A stretch of 64,000 nt of DNA from Lama guanicoe (lineage: Eukaryota): contig MU053493.1 in the NCBI GenBank assembly GCA_013239625.1, forward strand, positions 629,793-693,792, written 5' to 3'. The notes under the pieces are model-generated. The model had not been told where the DNA came from. It saw only the letters and a program-made list of their open reading frames with translations, and did not search any database. Positions 41,809 through 54,059 of this stretch are shown piece by piece. Made by a program: the position numbers and the translations under genes. Each line of letters opens with the position of its first letter. The stretch's first letter is position 1.

Positions 41809-44364
41809 CTCTATCATTGATGAACATAGATGCCAAAATCCTCACCAAAATATTAGCAAACAGAATCCAACAACACACAAAAAAGATTATGCATCTTGAC
41901 CAAGTCGGGTTCATCCAAGGGACACAGGGTGGTTCAACATATGCAAATCAATCAATGTAATACATCACATCAACAAGAGAAAGGACAAAAACCACATGAT
42001 CATCTCAACAGATGCAGAAAAAGCATTTGATAAAATTCAACCCCCATTTATGATAAAAACTCTCGCCAAAGTGGGTATAGAGGGAACATATCTCAACATA
42101 ATAAAAGCTATATATGGCAAACCTACAGCCAACATAGTACTCAATGGTGAAAAGCTCAAAAGCTTCCCACTAAAACTGGGACAAGACAAGGATGCCCACT
42201 ATCACCACTCCTATTCAGCATCATCTTGGAAGCCCTAGCCACAGCAATCAGGCAAGAGAGAGAAATAAAAGGGATCCAAATTGGAAAAGAAGAGGGAAAA
42301 ATGTCACTATATGCCGACAACATGTTACTATATACAGAAAACCCTAAAAGATCCACACAAAAGCTACTTGAGCTGATTGAAGAATTCAGCAAGGTAACAG
42401 GTTACGAGATTAACGTTCAAAAATCAGTTGCATTTCTTTACACTAACGAGGAATCAACAAAAAAAGAAAGTAAAGAAGCACTCCCCTTTAAAATAGCACA
42501 CACAGTAATAAAATACCTAGGAATAAATCTAACCAAGGAGGTGAAAGAATTATACACAGAAAACTACAAACCATTGACGAAGGAAATTAAAGAAGACTTT
42601 AAAACATGGAAAGATATCCCATGCTCTTGGATTGGAAGAATCAGTATTCTTAAAATGGTCACACTGCCCAAGGCAATCTACAGATTTAATGTAATCCCTA
42701 TCAAATGACCAGGACAATTTCACAGAACTAGAACAAATCATAATAAAATTTACATGGAACCACAAAAGACCTAGAACTGCCAAAGCATTACTGAAGAGAA
42801 AGAAAGAGGCTGGAGGAATAACTCTCCCAGACTTCAGACAATACTATAGAGCTACAGTCATCAAGACAGCATGGTATCGGTACAAAAACAGACATACAGG
42901 CCAATGGAACAGAATAGAGAGCCCAGAAATGAACCCACAAACTTTTGGTCAACTCATCTTTGACAAAGGAGGCAAGAATATACAATGGAATAAAGACAGT
43001 CTCTTCAGCAAACAGTGTTGGGAAAACTGGACAGCAGCAAGTAAATCAATGAAGCTAGAAGACTCTCTTACACCATACACAAAAATCAACTCAAAATGGA
43101 TCAAAGACTTAAACATAAGACAAGATACCATAAACCTCCTAGAAGAAAATATAGGCAAAACATTATCTGACATACATCTCAAAAATTTTTCCCCTAAAAC
43201 AGTCTATTAAAGAAATAGAAAAAAAAGCAAGAATAAACAAATGGGACCTAATGAAACTTACAAACTTCTGCGCAGCAAAGGAAACCATAAGTAAAACAAA
43301 AAGACAACCTACGGAATGGGAGAAAATTTTTGCAAATGAAACCGACGAAGGATTGACCTCCAGAATGTATACGCAGCTCATACGACTAAGAAAAAATCAA
43401 ACAACCCAATCCAAAAATGGGCAGAAGACCTAAACAAGCAATTCTTCAAGGAAGACATACAAATGATCAATTGGCACATAAAAAATGCTCAATATCACTA
43501 ATTATCAGAGAAATGCAAAGCAAAACTATGATGAGGTATGACCTCACGTCAGTCAGAATGGCCATCATTCAAAAATCCACAGATGACAAATGCTGGAGAG
43601 GCTGTGGAGAAAAGGGAACCCTCTTTCACTCATGGTGGGAATGCAGTTTGGTGCAGCCACTCTGGAAAACAGTATGGAGAGTACTCAAAAGACTAAGAAT
43701 AGACTTACTGTATGACCCAGGAATCCTCCTCCTGAGCATATATCCAGAAGGAACCCTACTTCAGGATGGCACCTGCACCCCAATGTTCATAGCAGCATTA
43801 TTTACAATAGCCAAGACATGGAAACAGCCTAAATGGCCATCAACAGATGACTGGATAAAGAAGAGGTGGTATATTTATACATGGAATACTATTCAGCCAT
43901 GAAGACTGACAACATAACACCATTTGCAGCAACATGGATGTTCCTGGAGAATGTCATTCTAATTCTAAGTGAGCCAGAAAAAGAAAGAAAAATATCACAT
44001 GAGATCGCTCATATGTGGAATCTAAAAAAACAAACAAACAAACAAAGCATAAATACAAAACAGAAATAGACTCACAGACATAACATACAAACTTGTGGTT
44101 TCCAATGTGGCAGGGGGTGGGAAGAGATAGACTGGGATTTCAAAATTGTAGAATAGATAAACAAGATTATACTGTATAGCACAGGGAACTATACACAAGA
44201 TCTTATGGTATCTCACAGAGAAAAAAATGTGACACTGAATATATATATATGTTCATATATAACTGAAAAACTGTACTCTACACTGGAATTTGACACAACA
44301 CTATAAAATGATTATAAAATGTTAAATTTTAAAATTTAAATTATAAAATAAAAAAATGTTGAAA
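41809..44364 (+). mobile_element. Young 5'-truncated L1 (2.5 kb)
   Basis: 12-bp TSD aagaatagtctc at 41797-41808 and 44365-44376; frameshifted ORF2; RT motif reads YADN instead of YADD. Confidence 0.95.
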
Positions 44365-45820
44365 AAGAATAGTCTCATTGACAGAGTAAACTTCCACCCA
44401 TAACTTATATAATAGCTGAGTCAAAATTTGTAACTATAAAATATGACATTTAATTTGTAAGTGTACCTCAAAATTAAACCTAAAAGTATAACATTTCTGC
44501 AAGAAAAGTTAGGAGAAATTATTTGATACCTTCGGCCAGGAAAATATTTCTTGGCTAGGGTATCAATATGCACAATCCCTTAAGGAACAAATTGATGAAA
44601 AGGGGAACTGATCAAAATAAAAACATTTATCTGCTCTCAAAAATATTCCACCAAGATAATGAAAGGGTAAGCTACAATTGGGATAAAACATTTGCAAATC
44701 ATACTGCACCAAAGATGATGTTAAGCACGACAAGATGATCAATGTCATTAGCCATTAGGTAAATACAACAAAAACTACAATGACATACTATGGCACGTCT
44801 ATTAGAATGGCCAAAATTAAAGACTGTACCAAGTGTCCGTGAGAATGTGGAGGAACCCTTTCCCTCATGTACTGTTAGTGGGAATGTGAAAGGTTACAAT
44901 GACTCTGGGGAACCATTTTGGCAATTTCTTTAGACGTTAAACATTAGCCTACCATATGATCAATCCAGCCGTATGCCTACACAAGATATTTTACAGAAGT
45001 GTTCATAGCAATTTTATTCATAAACAGCTTTAAGCCAGAAATGGTCAAAATGTTATCAACAGAGTTAAACAAACTGATCAACTGGTTAAACAAAAAGGTT
45101 AAGCAAACACAGTTTGTGGTATATTCATACAATAGAATTCTACTCAGCAAACAGAATGCATATATTCTTGACATATGCTGTAATACTTAAAATAACTATG
45201 TTGAGTTAAAGAAGCCAAATAGAAAAGAGTACACACTGTATTATTTTATTTACATAAAACTCCAGGAAACGCAGACCACTTGATGTGACACAAAGCATAC
45301 CATTGGCTCCCTGGAGGTAAAAGTGGATTGGGGTACAATTACAAAGGGACATGACAAAACTTTTGAGTGTGACATATATTATCCTGGTTGCAGTAATGAC
45401 TTCATGGATATTTATTTATTATATCCTTTAAATATGTGCAGTTTATCACATACTTGTACTTCAATAAAGCTGTTAAAATTTAAGGCTTAATTTGTGGAAT
45501 TAGATAGTGGTGAATAAATTGAGATACAGAAGAGCTAAGATTTTTCAAAGGTACATATTAAACAATATCTGTGCTATGTACACTCTGCCCCATAATGAAC
45601 GGTCAGGATCCCACCCGCCTGGAGGAAAACCTATGGCTCTACACCCTTGTCTTCTATGAAAAATAAAGCCTCTTTTCAGCTTTCTCAGAAGGATAGAGTG
45701 TTCAGTCCAGTGAGGGCTGCAGGAGGCATAAAATAGAGGAGGTTAGAGGACAAGGAAGGGGTGAGGATGCATTCAAGCTGTCTTATCACAGGCTGTGGTA
45801 TAATTAAGAATTTGTCTGGT

Positions 45821-45959
45821 GCGGGAGGGTATAGATGAGTGGTACAGCATGTGCTTAGCATGCATAAGGTCCTGGGTTCAATAAAAAATGAATAATAAAT
45901 AAAATAAACCTAATTACCTCTTTCTCCTCCCAAAAAAAGAAGAAAAAAATTTAAAAAGA
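45821..45959 (+). mobile_element. Vic-1-type tRNA-derived SINE
   Basis: Perfect 15-bp TSD aagaatttgtctggt (45806-45820, 45960-45974); B box gggttcaat. Confidence 0.9.
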
Positions 45960-46559
45960 AAGAATTTGTCTGGTCTTTGTTCCAGGTTCCTGGCTCAGAA
46001 CTTGGAAAACCTCTGTAATTTCTTGAGTGACAGGAGCCTCCTCACTATGCTAATGAGGTGCCTTCGAGTGGGCTCGTGAATAACTTCAAAACAGTGTCCA
46101 GTTACCAAAAAAAATCAATCACACAACTAGAATGTTGTGGCTTTCAGCTTCCAGACCTTGAGGGACGGGGAGGGTGGCTGGAGACTGGGTTCAATCACAA
46201 GGCCAGTAATTTAAACACTCAAGCCTGTGTAATGAAACCCCAGTAAGAACTGTGAAACTGACGCTCAGTAGAGCTTCCTAGTTGGTGAGCACACTGCTGT
46301 GCTGAGGGGATGTGGGAAGCCCGTGCTGGGAAGCCTCCTAGACCTCACCCTATGTGTATCTTCTGTACAAAAACTATCATCTTGAGTGAGTTCTGTGAGT
46401 CATTCTAGTGAATTGTGGAACCTGAAATGGTCATGGGGATTCCCAGATTTATAGCTAGTTGGTCAGAAGTGTAGGTGGCCTGGGGCCCCCTGGGGTGCAG
46501 CTGGCATCAGAGGAAGAACAGTCTTGTTCAGGACCACATCCTTTAACTTCGGGTCTAGT

Positions 46560-46687
46560 GGGCAGGGTAGAGCTCAGTGGTAGAGCATGTGCCTAGCAAA
46601 CACAAGGTCCTGGGTTCAATCCCCAGTACCTCCACTGACAAATAAATAAATAAACCTAATTAACCACCCCCTAAAAAGAAAAAAAAA
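46560..46687 (+). mobile_element. Vic-1-type SINE
   Basis: A box agctcagtgg, B box gggttcaatccc, aacctaatta tail motif. Confidence 0.9.
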
Positions 46688-47008
46688 CTTGTGCGGTCTG
46701 CAGTAACTCTGAGTGCTTACTCCCAGGATTGCATTGCAGTATGTGCAGCTGGTGTTGAAAGAGTACAGGCAACACAATACGCTTGGAGGAAATGGGGACT
46801 CATTGATCTCCTTCACTGACGCATTAATGGAAGAGGGGTGTGGAAGGCCAGCGTTATAACATTTATTTTACATAATTTTGTATTATTGTGTAATTATAAA
46901 AATTAATCCATGACAATCAACATAAATAGGCAGAAACAGCCATTCTAACAACCAAGGACTCAGATGCAGCGAGGATGATCGGGTCCCATTTTCATGAAAT
47001 AAGGAGCT

Positions 47009-47141
47009 TTTTTCTTTTTTTTAAGAGTAAGTTAAGAGACAGTTTATTTATTTATTTATTTTTCTTCCTCTTTATTTTTATTTATTTTTTGGGGGAAGGA
47101 GATCATTAAGCTGGCTGGATGGCTTGATTTCTTTCTTTCTT

Positions 47142-47173
<32 letters not shown>

Positions 47174-47295
47174 TTCTTCCTTCCTTCCATCCTTTCTTTC
47201 TTTCTTTATTTCTTTTAATGGAGGTATTGGAGATTGAACCCAGGACCTCATGCATGCTAAGCACGTGCTCTACGACTGAGCTACACCCTCCCCCT
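47009..47295 (-). mobile_element. Vic-1-type SINE with expanded (CTTT)n linker
   Basis: gattgaacccaggacctcatgcatgctaagc...ctgagctacaccctccccc. Confidence 0.88.
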
Positions 47296-47601
47296 CCATG
47301 AAGAGCTTTCATTATTCCAAAAGTTAGTACCTGAATGTAAAATCCTGGTTTATCAGTGAAATAGTGGGATTTGAGGCTATTTTCCTTGGGACTCTCGAAG
47401 AGAGCCAATGGGACATAGTGACAGTGAGACAGTGAACTCCCTCCCTCTTGAGACCAATATGACTGCACTGTACCCAACATCAAGGTGTTAGGATAAATTT
47501 TATATTTGGTCTTTATTTAACAGCCCATGCTAGTTCATTGTCTCTGAATGTGAAAGACTCCATATGGTTCCCTATAAACCCCAAAGTACACTATGTAATT
47601 T

Positions 47602-47727
47602 AAAAAAAATTAGGGGGGGAGGTATTGAAGTTCATTTATTTATTTTAGTGGAGGTACTGGGACTGAACCTAGGACCTTGTGCATGCTAAGCACGTGCTCT
47701 ACCACTGAGTTATACCCTCCAACCTTA
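47602..47727 (-). mobile_element. Vic-1-type SINE
   Basis: TSD acactatgtaattt / acactctgtgattt (12/14 match); tRNA-like head on the minus strand. Confidence 0.88.
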
Positions 47728-47902
47728 ACACTCTGTGATTTTGAAATCATCTTTTTACTCATCTCTCCAAAGAGCTCACCTTTTTGGATGGAAAGGATTT
47801 TGCTCAGATTCTTTCTTCTATTGTTTTCAAGCACCCAGATTGTCTCTCTCTCAAATTCATGATATACCTGGAATTTCAATTTTCTTATTAGATTATTAGC
47901 CC

Positions 47903-48362
47903 CTGTGGTAGGTTGAAAAATACCCTCCAATCCTCAAAAGATATCCTTGTCCTAATCTCTGGGACATGTGAATTCTACCTCAAATGACAAAAAATGTCTT
48001 TGCAGATATGACTAAGCTAATGATCTTGAGATGAGGTCATCCTGGATTTAGGCTGGGCCCTCATCTAATGACTAATGTCTTTACAGAAGACAGAAAGAGG
48101 AGATCAAAGACACAGAGATATACATAGGTGATGACACTTGAAGATGGAGGCAGAGATTGGAGTTAATCTGCCATAAACCAAGGAATGCCAGGAGCCATCA
48201 GAAGTAAGGAAGGACTTTCCCTTAGAGCTGCAGTGTGATTGTGGCCCTGCCAACATCCTGATTTCAGATTTCTGCTCCCAGAACTATGAGAGAATGAACC
48301 TCTGTTATTTTACAAAATCCAGTATGTGGTAACTTGTAACAGCAGTCTTGGGAGATGTACAG
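47903..48362 (+). mobile_element. MLT1 (MaLR) solo LTR
   Basis: tgtggtaggttgaa...gaagatggaggcagagattggag...gtggtaacttgtaacagcag. Confidence 0.85.
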
Positions 48363-48369
48363 GGGCAGA

Positions 48370-48870
48370 TTTTAAATTCAGAAGACGTAGTGGTTTCAAT
48401 GTGGACAATAAACTAGAGGTGAACAAATAAACCAGTGAGAAGATGCAGGGGAGTCCACCGTGGTAATCCAGGTGAGAAAGACCAGTGGAATATTGGATGT
48501 GAGGAAAAACAATGGCGTTCTCATTTCTTTCTGGGAAAACTGGGTGGACAGTCATGATATGTACTGTGAGCCAAGAAATACATAGGCAACAGAAAGAACG
48601 GGAGGGGCCACTGATGAAACAGAGTGGAATGTTGAATTTAAAGTTCAAAGTCATTATGTTAAGAAGTCCCTTAGACAGTTGGATATCCAGGTATAGACCA
48701 CAGAAGAGACATCTAAGGCTAAAGAAATAAATCTGAGACTCATCAGTGTGCTCAGTGTGCAAATGTCAGCTTCAAGCTCTGGAAGATGACTTGAGTAGGA
48801 ACAGATGAGAAGAGAAGGGGACTAAAGGCAGAATCACAAGAAACTCTGACTATTAGTTGACACTAAAAGA
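48370..48870 (-). mobile_element. L2 remnant
   Basis: gtaatccaggtgaga, ttggatatccagg and aatctgagactcatcag motifs. Confidence 0.55.
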
Positions 48871-49039
48871 TTTGAGAAGTTATAGACAAAGAGTTCCCAG
48901 CTGCCTCAGGAGCTATATATGGAGGACCGTGTATATGGAGAATTCAGGACTCTGGAAGAATTACCTACACCCTGGGTGGGGTGTGTGCGTGTTTTCCCAA
49001 TATGTGTGAGAAAGCCAAGAGTGAGGTTAGCAGATAAAC

Positions 49040-49490
49040 TGATCGTTGAAAGGCTGATTAAGAGATACTACAAACACCAGTATACACGTGAAATTGACAA
49101 CTTGGCTGAAGTAGACCAACTCTAGAAAATGCAAAGCACTAAATTTTACCCAACATGAGAAGGATAATCCGATATGCCTACAACCAATTTAAAATATTGA
49201 ATTGTTAGTTACAAATGCTCTGAAAAAGAAATCTGTAGGAACTGACAGTTTCATTGAAACAATTCTAATAAACACTTAAAAAAAGAAATAGAACCAATTC
49301 TATACATTTTCTTCCATAAAACTGAAGAGTGGGGGACATTCTCCAAGTCATTTTGAGAGGGCTCTAAACCAGATAAAGGTCATGCGAAAAAGAGAAAACT
49401 ACAGACCAATATCCCTGATGAACACCCATGTAAGAATCCTTGACAAAATACTGTGGATTAATTCAGCAATATGTAAAAGAAGAATTATGC
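49040..49490 (+). mobile_element. Old L1 ORF2 fragment
   Basis: Peptide [13 protein letters not shown]...ILDKIL. Confidence 0.75.
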
Positions 49491-49677
49491 ACTGCAAACG
49501 TGCACCCAGAGTCTGCTTGAACAGAGTTATCTTCACGAGGATGCTGGAGAAGAAGCAATCAGTTTTAACAAGCTCCAGAAACAGGTCCAGTGAGGAAAGT
49601 CATCTGATAGTCTGGGAAGAGGCTGGCCTGGCCTGGTCTGGCCTCTGGGTCAGGTTCTTTCTCTGCTTGTAATGTTG

Positions 49678-49918
49678 AGTGGTTCTCGACTAGAGAGGGG
49701 AGTGCCCATAAAAGGGCTTTTGGCAGTGTATGGGGACGGTGTCTTTTTCTTTTTCTTTTTCTTTGTTTCCCCTTTTGTACACTTCATTTTTGTTTTCTTT
49801 CCATGTCTGGAAGGCGTCTATAATGTGTGGTGACAGGGACAGAGGTGTTCACCTGTGTGATGTGCACTGAAAAATTATCCCACCCTCATGCTGGGGTTGG
49901 TTTTTCTGAAGAACCCTG
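49678..49918 (+). mobile_element. MER20-like hAT element
   Basis: Termini agtggttctc and gaagaaccctg; internal ttttggcagtgtatgggg and aattatccc. Confidence 0.55.
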
Positions 49919-52521
49919 TTATCTAGACGCTATCTCAAGGTGATGTTATTTACCGTGTTAATCTCCCAAACTTCTGTGGTCAGCGCAAACCTCTTTCCTG
50001 AGACGTATATACCCACATACCACTGAGCACACCCCCTCCCTCCTCCTGAGTCCTCCTCGGGTAGTGGAGCCCCCATATCCCAGTTCCACAGCACTGCTCA
50101 ATCCGAACCACCCTGAGACAGAACCCCGGTCGGGTTGTCTCTGGTGTTCAGTCTCCCTTCACCTGGCGGGTTATTTACACCCCTGCTGCGCGCTGACTCT
50201 CTCTGCTCTCTTCTCTGTGACAACATCGTGGCTGGTCGGGATAGGCATCACAACATGACGCATAATGATTAGCTCATTACTCTCTTGTTTGTTTGCTCAT
50301 GGCCCCTCTTCTCCGCTGTAGTTTGCAGAGACCATGTCTCTCCTTCTCATTCATGTCCCCAGGCACAATGCCAGAAATGGAGCGTTTCATAAATAGTTGC
50401 ATAATGAAGGTGAAATGCAAGTGATCATCCATTCTCAAGAGGATTCCTGAGAAAAGTCGCCTAATTGATCTCTCTGTCTCTGCTTGTCCACCTGCCCCCA
50501 ATTCCAGTCTTAACTCTGTTTCCAGTTGACTTTTTTTTTCTGAAAGACACTCCTGACCCTGATCGTCCTTGAGTGCTGCCGGGCTGCACCCGTGGGTCTG
50601 GGCGGGACCAGAATGTCTCGCGTTTCAGGAGCGTCCTTGAGCCTCAGCGTGACAGACATGCGCAGTGTACCCCTGGAGAGGCTGGAGGGGTTGAGGGGCC
50701 AAGCTTGACTCCCCTCCCCCACCCTCCCAACTGCGGACAGCAGCACTGCTTGTCCTCACTTATTCTTTTCTAACAAAAAGGGGCCAGCCTGCCAAACACT
50801 CCCAATGTGACTGGTTTCCCTACTTTTCTAAAATGCAAATCTTTCAGGCACATGGTCGACATTGCTCAATATTTGCTGAACACATTAATGTGAGTTCTCT
50901 GTCTCAACTCCTTGGCGTGCAAGGCATTTGGGGCCCCTCTGGGGGCTCCTAGGTGGAGGTTGCTGCCTATGTGGACAGGAAAGAGCCAGAAGGCTTCACA
51001 TTTCATTTGGGGCCTCTGGGCTTCTTCACTGTGAGCATGCGCGCTGTCCACTGGAGGCCCTCGGCTGACCCACCCCCCTCCACCTCTGTTCGCTATGGAA
51101 ACCAGTGCCAGGACAGGCCTCTCCTCCTATTCCCGAGTCTGCCAAGAACAGCCTATCCCACAGCTGTGTAATCTGTTCCACATTACAGTTTGAAGTAACC
51201 CACCAGCAAAACTGTCCACACCAGAATATTTTAGGTTTTAACTTCTCCATATACTTCTTGCATCCATGGAACTTCTATTTACAGAATCTTAACTTAAAGA
51301 GTAGCCCTTAATGAGGTTTTTGTTTTGTTTTGTTTTGTTTTTTGGTGGGGGGAGATATTTTTTATCCTTCAGGATTTTGCTTCTTAAGCTGCTGGCCCTT
51401 AGAGGACTCATTGCCCATATCAAATAAGGCCAACCCTGGAGATACCCAGCAAGCCTGATTTGTACCCTGTGTTCACGGGGCATCACTGGAGATCCAGACT
51501 CAAATCCCGACACTTGAATTCAAGAAGTTGTGGATGCCTCATGAGTACCGGCTTCCTCTTCTTTCCACAGTTGTCATCTGTCCTTTCTCCTTATCACTCT
51601 GAAGGTCTGCATCTCTGGTTTATGAAAAGACACCATATTAGGTGCTACTAGCAAGCTATCAAGTGACTGACCCCTCCCCTGACACATGTGCAGGTGAACA
51701 TTCTCTACTGAAAGGTTAAAGATTATCTCAAGCTTTCCTTTTTTCTACCCACCCCCCAACTCCATGAATTTTCTTCCTGGTGGGAAATGGAGCCTCTTCA
51801 GCAGAACTTTCCAGGAAGAAAGTGTTATCACTTTAGCAGGTGTACAGTTGGGCTGCAAGGATGAGCAGCACTAGGGGTCTACCCTGTACTTGGTTTTAAA
51901 TGTGAGCATCAGTTCTAAAGCGTTCAGCCCTCTGAGTGCCATCCTTCATAGTGGCCCTAATCCACAGGCCCTGGTGCAGTATTGAACAACCCTCCTGTCA
52001 GAAGAGAGGTGTGACGTTACCTGTGGTAGAGTTGCGAGCCTGCTGTTGGCCACGGGCAACCTCACCAGAGTGAGGACCAGTCCAGCTTAGGCAGCAGCTG
52101 AAACACCAGCAATTCTCTGGCCAGAGGTCTGCTATCCCGCTGCAGCAATAGCACTCCCAACTTAAACATTGTTGAGCTTTTATAATCACTTTCATGCTTT
52201 CTGTATGTAAGCATTAATTGTTGTACTCAAGCCTGCAATTTAGTTTCATGAATCCATAAAATCTAGGAGGGTGAAATATGAGGTTGTAATTTTAATAACC
52301 TCACAATGGCAAAAATTATGATCCATGGCCAAGCCGATCTGAGATTTGAATAACAGGCTCAAACATTTTCATTATTAAAATTATCTTAAATGAACTAAAT
52401 CATGAACCTAAACAGCTAGAAAAAAATCAACATCCAGATGAAACAAGAAAATCAGTGGGGATAAAATGCAAGAAATGAGGATTATTTTTAAGAAGAATGA
52501 GGGCAAAAATGGATTTGAGAC

Positions 52522-52662
52522 TTTTTTTAATTGAAGTATAGTTGATTTACAATGCTGTGTTAGTTTCAGGTATATAGCAAAGTGATTGATATATACATAC
52601 TTTTTCCAGATACTTTTCCATTATAGGTTATTACAAGATACTGAATACAGTTCCTTCTACTA
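52522..52662 (-). mobile_element. Short L1 3' end
   Basis: tttttttaattgaagtatagttgatttacaatg...ataggttattacaagatactgaata. Confidence 0.85.
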
Positions 52663-54059
52663 TTGAGCATTATAAAGCCTAATATAACTGATACAACTCT
52701 GTAAGATGCATTTTAACAATATAAATCTATAAATTAAAGAAGAAGAAAATGATATACAGGAAAAATCCCAGCTGACACATAGCTGAGTGAACTGTAGGAA
52801 TTTTTGTGAAGTAAGAAGTTAAGGAGTGTTCTTGGAGGGACTGGTGTGGGGAATGGTCCTCCTAAACATGATATAAGCCTGAAAATCCAAAGATAGAAAA
52901 ACAGCATGGAAAACCCTTCAAAGTCAATCTCCCTGAGAAAAAAATAAAGTGAGAAATGAGAAAAGGGAATACAGCAAATAAAGAGAAGTTTCTAGAAATA
53001 TCAAGACAATATTTTAAATATGTTTCGGGTTGCAAGTGACAATAACCAGACCCAAGAGGGCAACCGTAAGAAGATGCTGGCTTGAGGAAACCCAGGAAGG
53101 GCTGAAAGACCACACGGGCTCAGACCAAGGATGCTGATCAGCCTCAGGAACCTTGGATCCAGAGGTCCCCATGCCAATTCCTTTCTTCAGGGATTCTTCT
53201 TTGGGAGTGTCAGCTTTGTTTTTGCCCATTGCAGATCTGTTTTCTAAAATTAGAAACAACCACCATTAGATTAGCTCTCATGTCGCTAGTCACCTGAGAA
53301 GAATCTGCCATATATGATCAACCGGACCCATGTTAAAAAAAAAAAAGTCTTGGGAAGGAGTTGGGTGTGGCTGCCAACATGGGACCAGTTTCTGTGAAAC
53401 GGTAGGGGTGGGTCCTTCACCTGTGAGAAGGTGAAGTTTTCACAAGAGCACAGGGTAGGGGTTGCAGCAGTCCTAAGGGGAAGGAGTGTCCTGGAGAAAC
53501 AGGCGAGAAGAATCATATAAATTGGTGCTAATAAATAGGGCAATCTTTGTGTGATGGGATCCTGATGAAAATATAAAAATTAAATCAAAATCACCCAAGG
53601 GAAATAGAAAACCGAAATCAACGACCATGAAAAGACTAACAATGCCATTAGTATAGTACCTCCAAGAAAGTTTTCTTTGCACATAGATTTACTACATTCT
53701 GCATTTCTCATTTATAACACCTTTGATTTGGCAGGGACTCAATTTTTACTGCTATTTCTCAGGACTCCAACCTCCAACATACTTTTCAAGAGTTTACACA
53801 TCTTTGGCAACGCTGCTTCTTTTCTCAGTTTAAATTCTCACACTTGTCCGAAACCCAAGTTTACACACCAGCCGAGGCGTTCCTCTGGGACTTCTATCTA
53901 ACTTGATTCTGGATGAACTCAGTTCTCAGGAACCCAGTTTCCTAAGAAACTGGACCTCAGCATCTCAGAAGCTTAAGTTACCAGCTTTTCTCTTAAACTT
54001 GCTCCTGGCCAGTGCTCATCCATCTCAATTCCCTCCTCCCCAAGACTTCCTCCTCAGGC

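Larger units (their letters stand above)
38730..45480 (+). mobile_element. Ancient L1 (endonuclease region to 3'UTR) fragmented by three younger L1 insertions
   Basis: EN-region remnants at 38730-39010 and 40160-40930; continues at 41703-41808 and 44377-45480, ending cttcaataaagctgttaaaa. Confidence 0.65.
45794..46775 (+). mobile_element. MER21-like LTR carrying two SINE insertions
   Basis: tggtctttgttccaggttcctggc, gcctgtgtaatgaaacccc and gagttctgtgagtcattctagtgaatt motifs. Confidence 0.8.

Noticed and set aside
46560..46632. tRNA-like sequences with A and B boxes (also 45821, 47220, 47650, 57111, 58412, 62520)
   Set aside because: These are SINE heads with AT-rich tails and TSDs, not tRNA genes.
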